Positions 14,154 to 25,550 of a DNA stretch of 64,000 nucleotides are shown here, one piece after another; positions within the stretch are counted from its first letter, which is position 1; every line of letters starts with the position of its first letter. The DNA lies in contig MU058718.1 of the NCBI GenBank assembly GCA_013265495.1, positions 1,364,001 through 1,428,000 on the forward strand. Reading direction: 5' to 3'. Both the position numbers and the translations under genes were made by a program. Below the pieces are notes generated by a model. That model had not been told where the DNA came from, did not search any database, and saw nothing but the letters and a program-made list of their open reading frames with translations. The DNA is from Vicugna vicugna. Its lineage: Eukaryota.

Positions 14154-16973
14154 GGTAAACCCCAAATCCTTGGGGGTCTAAGTTTGTTTACTCTCAACGT
14201 TTGGCTTCCTAAGGAAAATGGTGAAAGAAAGTATAAAATTCCATTGAAAAAACCCCTCAAGTGTTCTTGGACATCAAACAACTCTTACAACACAGGCTTT
14301 TGATGAGTTCAGTGTAAATGAATCAGAAACATATGGATAGCGTTTATGCTCAAATGCACATGCATTTAAGAATTCTGAGAGAAATTAGTTTAGTGAGCTA
14401 TGTTTGGGTCATTTCCAGCATCCAAGAATTGGGAAAAAATCACTTCTCATGAGTAAGGATGTGGAAGAAATGGTGAGCACCCCTTGAACTGAAAAATGGG
14501 CACGTTCAGCAGCCAATGCCGTGTTGTGTATCATAAACACAGTAGCAGAGGGCACAGATCTTGGGACAGCTCCAGGCCAGGAAGGGTTGGGGCTACTGAT
14601 GTGGTAAAAGTTTCTGTATCTTATTACCAGCTGTCAGTACCTGTGCAAGAAAGTTCCACACTTAACAAACATGCCCACCAGTTTCCTTGGATTAGAGCAG
14701 TCACTGGACACTTCTGTAAATAGCAGTTTGTACTTAGGCCATTGGAACCCGTTAGCTACGTGGCCCCTCCTTTGGTACAACCAGTGCTTTCCTTTCACTT
14801 TGAGGAAAGTGGAAACTGCCAGTGATGTTATAGATGTGGGAAATGGTCACGTACGTGGCTTCTGGTTATGCCAAAGGAACGTATATGAACAGTAAAAAAC
14901 AAACAAACAAAAAAACTCCACTTGAATATAATGTGGTCCTACAGGTCTCAACATCTCTCATTCCTAGAAGGACCCAAGAAGTACTGACTATTGAATTATC
15001 TCATTTTAACCCAAATGTATTTTATTGTTTGCTGAGGAAGAAGAAAGAGCAAGGGATAGAGGCGACTGTACTGAACCTTGATACTCTACCAGATTTCTTT
15101 ATTTTTTGAACCCATCTCATGGACCAGGTCTGGATCATTGGTTGCTGCTTCAGTGGTCCTTACAGTGATAAGGTGATGGCTCTGAGAATTATGGAAACTT
15201 CCTCAGTGTCTCTTGATGTCCAGTCACAGAGTGGCACCAATAATGTCCTTTCATTTTAATCAGTTTGCTAAAAATGCCAACTATCTACTACTTATGTGAA
15301 CAACACACCACAAGATGCTGAGGGTAATTCAAAAATGTAAACAGCACAGGATCTCTGCTTTCAAAGAACCTGAAGTTGAACTGAGGTTACAAAATACACT
15401 AAATGAGATAATAGCCCTAGTGATGTTACAATGAAATTATACATCATGGCTAAGCCAGTGGCATAAACTGTTGTTTTATGAGTGGAGAGATTTTAGGTGG
15501 ACTTTAAATATCCCAATGTGGAATAGTAGGAAGTTTCTAAGACAGCTGAACACTGCTGGAAATGTAACAAAATAGAGAACATTATATTTGCTGGATCTCT
15601 TCTAAGATTACTGATGTGGTTAAAATACCTTGATAAGCCAGCCCTTTAGCTTGAGGAGACAGAGGGAGAGTTAAAAATCCCAGCTCTTCTATGAACTAAT
15701 TTCTGATTCTTCCCAGTTTAATTGTTCTTTGCTGACATCATTCATGGCTAAGATGGTATTAATATTAAGATAGATATTACTGTCTATCTATCCATCCATT
15801 CAATAGCTTAAACTTTTAGCAACTGTGACATACTAGACACTATAAAGGGAACTGAACCATCGACACACACAAAGCGTGGTGCTGTACCTGGTGTGGTGGG
15901 TTTGGTGGAGGCAGCGGAGTTGTGCAGTTTTTAAATTGGGGAGAGAAAAGGGAAGTTGATGTATAATCTTCACTTTGGTTCATGGAATTTGTTGCGTAGT
16001 TACAGCCTAAAAATGTTTTAAAACCTGACGTCAGACAAATCTCTTTCTCTCCCATCACATATTGTAAACATGAACATTGCTTTCTTTTCTCTCTGTCTCT
16101 TCTCTCTCCGACCTTCGTCTGGAATGAGAGAAGTAGGTGGTGCTGCTAGTCGTAACAGCTTTGTTCTCATTCACAAGCTTTGTTCTTCTCTTCTCAAAAC
16201 ACACTTGGTGTAAGTGCAGCTTTATAGGATGCCTGCTTGCTGCGCTGCCCCTGACTCAGTGTATGGGCTGGAGAATGTACGAGTCTCTGTGTGTCAAGGT
16301 CTCCATCAGTAAAGTAGGCTGATGACACTGCCGAGCACACAAAGCCCTCAGAGAGCTTCATGAAAGACACTAAGTCATATTATTATATGCTCATGAAGCC
16401 TATTGCTCAGAGTCCTGTTGCCCTGTAGATATTTATGGAATTTTCTTCTCTGAATAACCTTTTGTACTTTATTAGTTTGACCTTTGTGAGACATCTGCCT
16501 TGTGGTATTGAAAGAATTGGGTGCAGACAAAAGAAGAACAATGACATCTCTCGGAAGCAGGAGGGGAGCATGGGGAGCGTGGGGAGCGTAGGGAGCGTGG
16601 GAGGGATAAGGAAATCACGGGCCCTCTGAGGACACAGTATGTCTAATATAGTAAAAATAGAAAAAAGTCTCTCATCATATGGGGCCAAAAACGGCCTAAG
16701 CATACAAGTCAGACCAAACATCTGAATGCTGTGAAAGAAACTCTGGATCAATCATTTTCATTTTTTTTAACATTTTTTATTGATTTGTAATCATTTTACA
16801 ATATTGTGTCAAATTCCAGTGTAGAGCACAATTTTTCAGTTATACATGAACATATATATATTCATTGTCACATTTTTTTCTCTGTGAGCTACCATAAGAT
16901 CTTGTGTATATTTCCCTGTGCTATACAGTATAATCTTGTTTATCTATTCTACAATTTTGAAATCCCAGTCTAT
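14154..16973 (+). repeat. Copy 1 of 2.8 kb near-identical direct duplication
   Basis: Matches 17063-19876 (offset 2909, then 2903). ORF-track entries are repeated identically. Confidence 0.97.
16562..16605 (+). repeat. Short 9-bp G-rich tandem repeat (GGGAGCGTG-like), duplicated at ~19465-19508
   Basis: aggggagcatggggagcgtggggagcgtagggagcgtgggaggg. Confidence 0.8.
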
Positions 16974-17062
16974 NNNNNNNNNNNNNNNNNNNNNNNNNNN
17001 NNNNNNNNNNNNNNNNNNNNNNNNNNNNNNNNNNNNNNNNNNNNNNNNNNNNNNNNNNNNNN
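16974..17062. other. Assembly gap (89 N)
   Basis: Run of N between the two duplicated copies. Confidence 1.
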
Positions 17063-19876
17063 GGTAAACCCCAAATCCTTGGGGGTCTAAGTTTGTTTAC
17101 TCTCAACGTTTGGCTTCCTAAGGAAAATGGTGAAAGAAAGTATAAAATTCCATTGAAAAAACCCCTCAAGTGTTCTTGGACATCAAACAACTCTTACAAC
17201 ACAGGCTTTTGATGAGTTCAGTGTAAATGAATCAGAAACATATGGATAGCGTTTATGCTCAAATGCACATGCATTTAAGAATTCTGAGAGAAATTAGTTT
17301 AGTGAGCTATGTTTGGGTCATTTCCAGCATCCAAGAATTGGGAAAAAATCACTTCTCATGAGTAAGGATGTGGAAGAAATGGTGAGCACCCCTTGAACTG
17401 AAAAATGGGCACGTTCAGCAGCCAATGCCGTGTTGTGTATCATAAACACAGTAGCAGAGGGCACAGATCTTGGGACAGCTCCAGGCCAGGAAGGGTTGGG
17501 GCTACTGATGTGGTAAAAGTTTCTGTATCTTATTACCAGCTGTCAGTACCTGTGCAAGAAAGTTCCACACTTAACAAACATGCCCACCAGTTTCCTTGGA
17601 TTAGAGCAGTCACTGGACACTTCTGTAAATAGCAGTTTGTACTTAGGCCATTGGAACCCGTTAGCTACGTGGCCCCTCCTTTGGTACAACCAGTGCTTTC
17701 CTTTCACTTTGAGGAAAGTGGAAACTGCCAGTGATGTTATAGATGTGGGAAATGGTCACGTACGTGGCTTCTGGTTATGCCAAAGGAACGTATATGAACA
17801 GTAAAAAACAAACAAACAAAAAAACTCCACTTGAATATAATGTGGTCCTACAGGTCTCAACATCTCTCATTCCTAGAAGGACCCAAGAAGTACTGACTAT
17901 TGAATTATCTCATTTTAACCCAAATGTATTTTATTGTTTGTTGAGGAAGAAGAAAGAGCAAGGGATAGAGGCGACTGTACTGAACCTTGATACTCTACCA
18001 GATTTCTTTATTTTTTGAACCCATCTCATGGACCAGGTCTGGATCATTGGTTGCTGCTTCAGTGGTCCTTACAGTGATAAGGTGATGGCTCTGAGAATTA
18101 TGGAAACTTCCTCAGTGTCTCTTGATGTCCAGTCACAGAGTGGCACCAATAATGTCCTTTCATTTTAATCAGTTTGCTAAAAATGCCAACTATCTACTAC
18201 TTATGTGAACAACACACCACAAGATGCTGAGGGTAATTCAAAAATGTAAACAGCACAGGATCTCTGCTTTCAAAGAACCTGAAGTTGAACTGAGGTTACA
18301 AAATACACTAAATGAGATAATAGCCCTAGTGATGTTACAATGAAATTATACATCATGGCTAAGCCAGTGGCATAAACTGTTGTTTTATGAGTGGAGAGAT
18401 TTTAGGTGGACTTTAAATATCCCAATGTGGAATAGTAGGAAGTTTCTAAGACAGCTGAACACTGCTGTAACAAAATAGAGAACATTATATTTGCTGGATC
18501 TCTTCTAAGATTACTGATGTGGTTAAAATACCTTGATAAGCCAGCCCTTTAGCTTGAGGAGACAGAGGGAGAGTTAAAAATCCCAGCTCTTCTATGAACT
18601 AATTTCTGATTCTTCCCAGTTTAATTGTTCTTTGCTGACATCATTCATGGCTAAGATGGTATTAATATTAAGATAGATATTACTGTCTATCTATCCATCC
18701 ATTCAATAGCTTAAACTTTTAGCAACTGTGACATACTAGACACTATAAAGGGAACTGAACCATCGACACACACAAAGCGTGGTGCTGTACCTGGTGTGGT
18801 GGGTTTGGTGGAGGCAGCGGAGTTGTGCAGTTTTTAAATTGGGGAGAGAAAAGGGAAGTTGATGTATAATCTTCACTTTGGTTCATGGAATTTGTTGCGT
18901 AGTTACAGCCTAAAAATGTTTTAAAACCTGACGTCAGACAAATCTCTTTCTCTCCCATCACATATTGTAAACATGAACATTGCTTTCTTTTCTCTCTGTC
19001 TCTTCTCTCTCCGACCTTCGTCTGGAATGAGAGAAGTAGGTGGTGCTGCTAGTCGTAACAGCTTTGTTCTCATTCACAAGCTTTGTTCTTCTCTTCTCAA
19101 AACACACTTGGTGTAAGTGCAGCTTTATAGGATGCCTGCTTGCTGCGCTGCCCCTGACTCAGTGTATGGGCTGGAGAATGTACGAGTCTCTGTGTGTCAA
19201 GGTCTCCATCAGTAAAGTAGGCTGATGACACTGCCGAGCACACAAAGCCCTCAGAGAGCTTCATGAAAGACACTAAGTCATATTATTATATGCTCATGAA
19301 GCCTATTGCTCAGAGTCCTGTTGCCCTGTAGATATTTATGGAATTTTCTTCTCTGAATAACCTTTTGTACTTTATTAGTTTGACCTTTGTGAGACATCTG
19401 CCTTGTGGTATTGAAAGAATTGGGTGCAGACAAAAGAAGAACAATGACATCTCTCGGAAGCAGGAGGGGAGCATGGGGAGCGTGGGGAGCGTAGGGAGCG
19501 TGGGAGGGATAAGGAAATCACGGGCCCTCTGAGGACACAGTATGTCTAATATAGTAAAAATAGAAAAAAGTCTCTCATCATATGGGGCCAAAAACGGCCT
19601 AAGCATACAAGTCAGACCAAACATCTGAATGCTGTGAAAGAAACTCTGGATCAATCATTTTCATTTTTTTTAACATTTTTTATTGATTTGTAATCATTTT
19701 ACAATATTGTGTCAAATTCCAGTGTAGAGCACAATTTTTCAGTTATACATGAACATATATATATTCATTGTCACATTTTTTTCTCTGTGAGCTACCATAA
19801 GATCTTGTGTATATTTCCCTGTGCTATACAGTATAATCTTGTTTATCTATTCTGCAGTTTTGAAATCCCAGTCTAT
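17063..19876 (+). repeat. Copy 2 of 2.8 kb near-identical direct duplication
   Basis: Differs from copy 1 by a 6-bp indel (gaaatg at 15559-15564 absent), C/T at 15032/17941 and two A/G changes in the terminal L1 part. Confidence 0.97.
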
Positions 19877-22800
19877 GTCTTCCCACCCCCCGCCCTCTTG
19901 GCAACCACAAGTTTGTATTCTATGTCTGTGAGTCTATTTCTGTTTTGTAGTTATGCTTTTTTTAGATTCCCAATATGAGCGATCTCATATGATATTTTTC
20001 TTTCTCTTTCTGGCTTACTTCACTTAGAATGACATTCTCCAGGAGCATCCATGTTGCTGCAAATGGCATTATGTTGTCAGTTTTTATGGCTGAGTAGTAT
20101 TCCATTGTATAAATATACGACTTCTTTATCCAGTCATCTGTTGATTGACAGTTAGGCTGTTTCCATGTCTTGGCTATTGTAAATAGTGCTGCTATGAACA
20201 TTGGGGTGCAGGTGTCATCCTGAAGTAGAGTTCCTTCTGGATATATGCCCAGGAGCGGGATTCCTGGGTCATATGGTAAGTCTATTCCTAGTCTTTTGAG
20301 GAATCTCCACACTGTTTTCCATAGTGGCTGCACCAAACTGCATTCCCACCAGCAGTGTAGGAGGGTTCCCCTTTCTCCACAGCCTCTCCAGCATTTGTCA
20401 TTTTTGGATTTTTGAATGACGGCCATTCTGACTGGTGTGAGGTGATACCTCATTGTAGTTTTGATTTGCATTTCTCTGATAATTAGTGATATTGAGCATT
20501 TTTTCATGTGTCTATTGATCATTTGTATGTCTTCCTTGGAGAATTGCTTATTTAGGTCTTCTGCCAATATTTGGATTGGGTTGTTTATTTTTTTCTTATT
20601 AAGTCGTAAGAGCTGCTTATAAATTCTGGAGATCAAGCCTTTGTTGATTTCACTTGCAAAAATTTTCTCCCATTCCGTAGGTTTTCTTCTTGTTTTATTT
20701 CTGGTTTCCTTTGCTGTGCAGAAGCTTGTAAGTTTCATTAGGTCCCATTTGTTTATTCTTGCTTTTATTTCTTCTAGGAGAAAATTTTTGAGATGTATGT
20801 CAGATAATGTTTTGCCTATATTTTCCTCTTGGAGGTTTATTGTATCTTGTCTTATGTTTAAGTCTTTGATCCGTTTTGAGTTTATTTATGTGTATGACGT
20901 AAGGGAGTGTTCTAGCTTCATTAATTTACATGCTGCTGTCCAGTTTTCCCAACACCATTTGCTGAAGAGACTGTCTTTATTCCATTGTATATCCTTGCCT
21001 CCTTTGTCGAAGATTAGTTGACCAAAAGTTTGTGGGTTCATTTCNNNNNNNNNNNNNNNNNNNNNNNNNNNNNNNNNNNNNNNNNNNNNNNNNNNNNNNN
21101 NNNNNNNNNNNNNNNNNNNNNNNNNNNNNNNNNNNNNNNNNNNNNNNNNNNNNNNNNNNNNNNNNNNNNNNNNNNNNNNNNNNNNNNNNNNNNNNNNNNN
21201 NNNNNNNNNNNNNNNNNNNNNNNNNNNNNNNNNNNNNNNNNNNNNNNNNNNNNNNNNNNNNNNNNNNNNNNNNNNNNNNNNNNNNNNNNNNNNNNNNNNN
21301 NNNNNNNNNNNNNNNNNNNNNNNNNNNNNNNNNNNNNNNNNNNNNNNNNNNNNNNNNNNNNNNNNNNNNNNNNNNNNNNNNNNNNNNNNNNNNNNNNNNN
21401 NNNNNNNNNNNNNNNNNNNNNNNNNNNNNNNNNNNNNNNNNNNNNNNNNNNNNNNNNNNNNNNNNNNNNNNNNNNNNNNNNNNNNNNNNNNNNNNNNNNN
21501 NNNNNNNNNNNNNNNNNNNNNNNNNNNNNNNNNNNNNNNNNNNNNNNNNNNNNNNNNNNNNNNNNNNNNNNNNNNNNNNNNNNNNNNNNNNNNNNNNNNN
21601 NNNNNNNNNNNNNNNNNNNNNNNNNNNNNNNNNNNNNNNNNNNNNNNNNNNNNNNNNNNNNNNNNNNNNNNNNNNNNNNNNNNNNNNNNNNNNNNNNNNN
21701 NNNNNNNNNNNNNNNNNNNNNNNNNNNNNNNNNNNNNNNNNNNNNNNNNNNNNNNNNNNNNNNNNNNNNNNNNNNNNNNNNNNNNNNNNNNNNNNNNNNN
21801 NNNNNNNNNNNNNNNNNNNNNNNNNNNNNNNNNNNNNNNNNNNNNNNNNNNNNNNNNNNNNNNNNNNNNNNNNNNNNNNNNNNNNNNNNNNNNNNGAGTT
21901 TGGGAGTATTCCCTCCTTTTCAATCGTCTGGAAGAGTTTGAGAAGGACTGGTATGAGTTCTTCTTTGTATGTTTGGTAGAATTCCCCGGTGAAGCCGTCC
22001 GGTCCTGGACTTTTATTTGTAGGGAGGTTTTTTATTGCTATTTCGATTTCATTTCTAGTGATTGGTTTGTTCAAGTGGTCAGTTTCTTCTTGATTCAGTC
22101 TTGGTGCACAGTATGTTTCCAGAAACGTGCCCATCTCCTCTAGGTTATCCAGTTTGGTTCTATATAGTTTTTCATAATATTCTCGTATGATATTCTGTAT
22201 TTCTATTTTATTTGTTGTAATTTCTCCATTATCCTTTTTTATTGTGCTCTCTCTTTTTTCTTATTTGTGAGTTTGGCCAGAAGTTTGTTGATTTTATTTA
22301 CTTTTTCAAAAAACCAGCTTTTGGTTTGATTGATTTTTCCTATGGTCTTTTTAATCTGTATTTTATTTACTTCCTCCCTAATCTTTATAATTTCTTTCCT
22401 TCTGCTGCCTTTCCTTTATACTTCCTCCCTAATCTTTATAATTTCTTTCCTTCTGCTGCCTTTTGGGGTTTTTTGTTCTTCTTTTTCTAGTTCATTCAGG
22501 TGGTGGGTTAAATTGTTTATTTGAGATTGTTCTTCTTTTTTGAGGAAGGCCTGTATCGCTATAAACTTCCCTCTTAGCACTGCCTTTGCTGTGTCCCATA
22601 GGTTTTGAGTGGTTGTGCTTTCATTATCATTTGTCTCAAGGTATTTTTTAATTTCAGCTTTGATTTCCTCATTGACACATTGGTTTTTTAATAACATGTT
22701 GTTTAATCTCCATGCTTTCCTTTTGTTCTCCTTTGTTTCTCTGTTGTTGATTTCTAGTTTCATGGCATTGTGGTCAGTAAAGATGCTGGAGATAATTTCT

Positions 22801-22926
22801 ATCTTCTAAAAAGTGTTGAGGTTTCTTTTGTGCCTGATCAATCCTGGAAAATGTTCCATGTGCACTTGAAAAGAATATATGTCCTATTTTGGGGGGGGGT
22901 GTAATGTTCTGAAAATATTCACCAAA
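19668..22926 (-). mobile_element. Young 5'-truncated LINE-1, from the ORF2 endonuclease C-terminal part to the 3' UTR, with TSD; defective
   Basis: ORF2 peptides WRLNNMLL...[31 protein letters not shown] and [18 protein letters not shown]. 19-bp TSD gatca(a/g)tcattttcatttt at 19649-19667 and 22927-22945. In-frame stops at ~20886 and ~22416. Confidence 0.97.
21045..21895. other. Assembly gap (851 N) inside the L1 RT region
   Basis: N run flanked on both sides by collinear L1 ORF2. Confidence 1.
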
Positions 22927-23818
22927 GATCAGTCATTTTCATTTTGACTTGTTTGGGGCCGCTCAGAGCACCTGCTGTCTAAGTGTATGCCAGATTTCTA
23001 TGAGAATCAAGGACCTAGATTATTTTCGGGTGGCTTCATGCCAAAGAAGCCAAAATCTAAAGATCTCAAGATACTTAAGTTCTAGAGACGTGGAAAAATT
23101 CTGTACAACAGGGAAAGAATTGAAATGAGAGAAGAGGAAAGAACACAGAATAGACCCTCGTTACAACATTGTCCATCACAGAATCAGAGACACCGCATGT
23201 TTGTGGCATACTCTCAGAGAGAAAACATTCATCAAATTAAAGGCCTGATAAAATATAGGTGTTAGTTGTGGCTCCACACCGATCCTACTCTGTCCTTCTC
23301 AATGGAGAGTTTGCCCCGCTGGGACCACAGAAGCAACACTTAACAGGGATGCCAGTCTCCTTTTTTTGTCCTTTCTCTTGCACTTAGCTGCTTCTCTAGG
23401 GAAATATTTGGAGAATATCACTTTGACGGATTCCAAATTAGTGGCCTGACCTGAGCACCCACAGATCTTAGGTGAAGCCTGGGAGGATTCATTGCTCTGC
23501 AGTTGGATGCTCGGCTCTGTGGGAACAAGGGTGTGAGAGGAGGTGAGCATCCCTTCCCTCTCCACCTGATGGAGATCATCGAGGGTGGGGCTGCTCTCTG
23601 CTTCCCCAGTCAGTCCTCAGCATCTGGACCCATTAAGGTGCTCAGTAAATGGGAATCAAGTGAGTGCAACCTTGACTCAGAGAGAAGGCATAAAACCAGG
23701 GCAGATAAAAGAGAAGGTGTAGCAAATCAGCGTGACTGCAAATGAGAGGATCTGGGCTTCAAACAGTCAAGACATCAACCTTTATGAAATACCACAATCT
23801 CATAAAAAATGCCATCTT

Positions 23819-24825
23819 TAAAAATATTTTTATTGAGTTATAGTCAGTTTACAAATGTTGTGTCAATTTGTGGTGTACAGCACAATTTTTTAGTCATACA
23901 TGAATATACATATATTCATTTTCATATTCTTTTTCACCATGAGCTACTACAAGATCTTGAATATGTTTCCCTCTGCTATACAGTATAAACTTGTTTATCT
24001 ATTTTATATATACCTGTCTGCATCTACAGATCTCAAACTCCCAGTCTATCCCTTCCCACCTTCCTCTCCCCTGGCAGCCACAGTTTGTATTCTATGTCTG
24101 TGAGTCTGTTTCTATTTTATATTTAAGTTCACTTGTCTTCTTTTTTTTTTTTAGATTCCACATATGAGTTATATCATATGGTATTTTTCTGTCTCTTTCT
24201 GGCTCACTTCACCTAGAATGACATTCTCCAGGTCCATCCGTGTTGCTGCAAATAGCATTATTTTATTCTTTTTTATGACTGAGTAGTATTCCATTGTATA
24301 AATATACCACTTCTTCTTTATCCAGTCATCTGTTGATGGACATTTAGGTTGTTTCCATGTCTTGGCTATTGTAAATAGTGCTTCTGTGAACATTGGGGTT
24401 CACATATCTTTTCGAATTAAAGTTCCCTTTGAATATACGCCCAGGAGCAGGATTGCTGGGTCATATGATAAGTCTATTTTCAGCCTTTTGAGGAATCTCC
24501 ATACTGTTTTCCACAGTGGCTGCACCAAACTGATGCATTCCCAAATGTAGGAGGGTTCTCTTTTATCCACAGTCTCTCCAGCATTTGTCATTTGTGGACT
24601 TTTGAATGATGGCCATTCTGACTGGTGTGAGGTGATACCTCCTTGTAGTTTTGTTTTGCATTTCTCTGATTATTAGTGATACTGAGCATTTTTTCCTGTG
24701 CCTATTGGCCTTTTGTATGTCTTCATTGGAGAATTGCTTGTTTAGGTCTTCTGCCCATTTTTGGACTGGCTCTTTTTTTATATTATTATTAAGTAGTATG
24801 AGCTATTTATATGTTCTGGAAATAA
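23819..24825 (-). mobile_element. 5'-truncated LINE-1 3' end with TSD
   Basis: ORF2 C-terminus ([21 protein letters not shown]) plus 3' UTR. 15-bp TSD aaaaaatgccatctt at 23804-23818 and 24826-24840. Confidence 0.95.
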
Positions 24826-25507
24826 AAAAAATGCCATCTTGGTTTATTGTCTCATGAGGTTACTTTCCATTACCAGTAAGAAATATGAAGAGAGAAAGGC
24901 CATGTCAGTGAATAAAAAACTATTTATATTCATTTATGTATATATATTATATATAGTATTTATATATACATACACATCCATCCCAAAAGCAGTGCTGTGC
25001 GACTGTGGTGGAGAGACCACTGCACTGGGCTCTGCACACAAGCCTGCACAGGAGTCAATAGGTCTCTCCGGGGCTCTGCTCCCTTTTTTGTAAAATGAGA
25101 GATGTGATGAGTTACATTCCTCAAATTCTGTGTTTCTACCTGTGTTTGGTTAAAATTTAAGATTTCTCCCATCATACTTTCTGCAGTGTATTTTCATTAA
25201 CATCTAGAAGGTGGACATCCCGCTTTTTATCTTCTTTTGAAATCTCAGATGTGTTTTCCATGTGCAAAGGGCTGTGATGATACAAGTTGAAGGCACAAGT
25301 TTCAAGCAAAGGATCATTGTCAACATCTGCATTTCTAATTTATCCTCTTCTCCAATATGAATTTTCACACATTAAACATTAAATTACATTTCCACATTTA
25401 AGCCAGAAAAAGAGCCAACTTTTCAACATCATGTTATGAACATTTTCAAGCGGACAGAAGAGTGGAAAGAATTCAGATTTTGAAATGGCATTTTCTTTTT
25501 GTTTCAG

Positions 25508-25550
25508 AATGACTCGTCATCTCAGCATCCTAAAGGGTAACATTGAAATA
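25508..25550 (+). other. Candidate 43-nt internal exon
   Basis: Acceptor ttttctttttgtttcag|A and donor ATA|gtaagg. Only one frame is open (MTRHLSILKGNIEI). Gene not recognised. Confidence 0.45.

Noticed and set aside
14048..19654. Apparent duplicated multi-ORF cluster or operon-like system
   Set aside because: Short chance ORFs, repeated only because of the probably artefactual 2.8 kb duplication.
19962..20738. 258-aa ORF as a host or domesticated gene
   Set aside because: It is the C-terminus of L1 ORF2 in a truncated element with upstream stops.
20886..22134. Four 300-385 aa ORFs in the track
   Set aside because: They are mostly X from the 851-N gap; only the L1 ORF2 ends are real.
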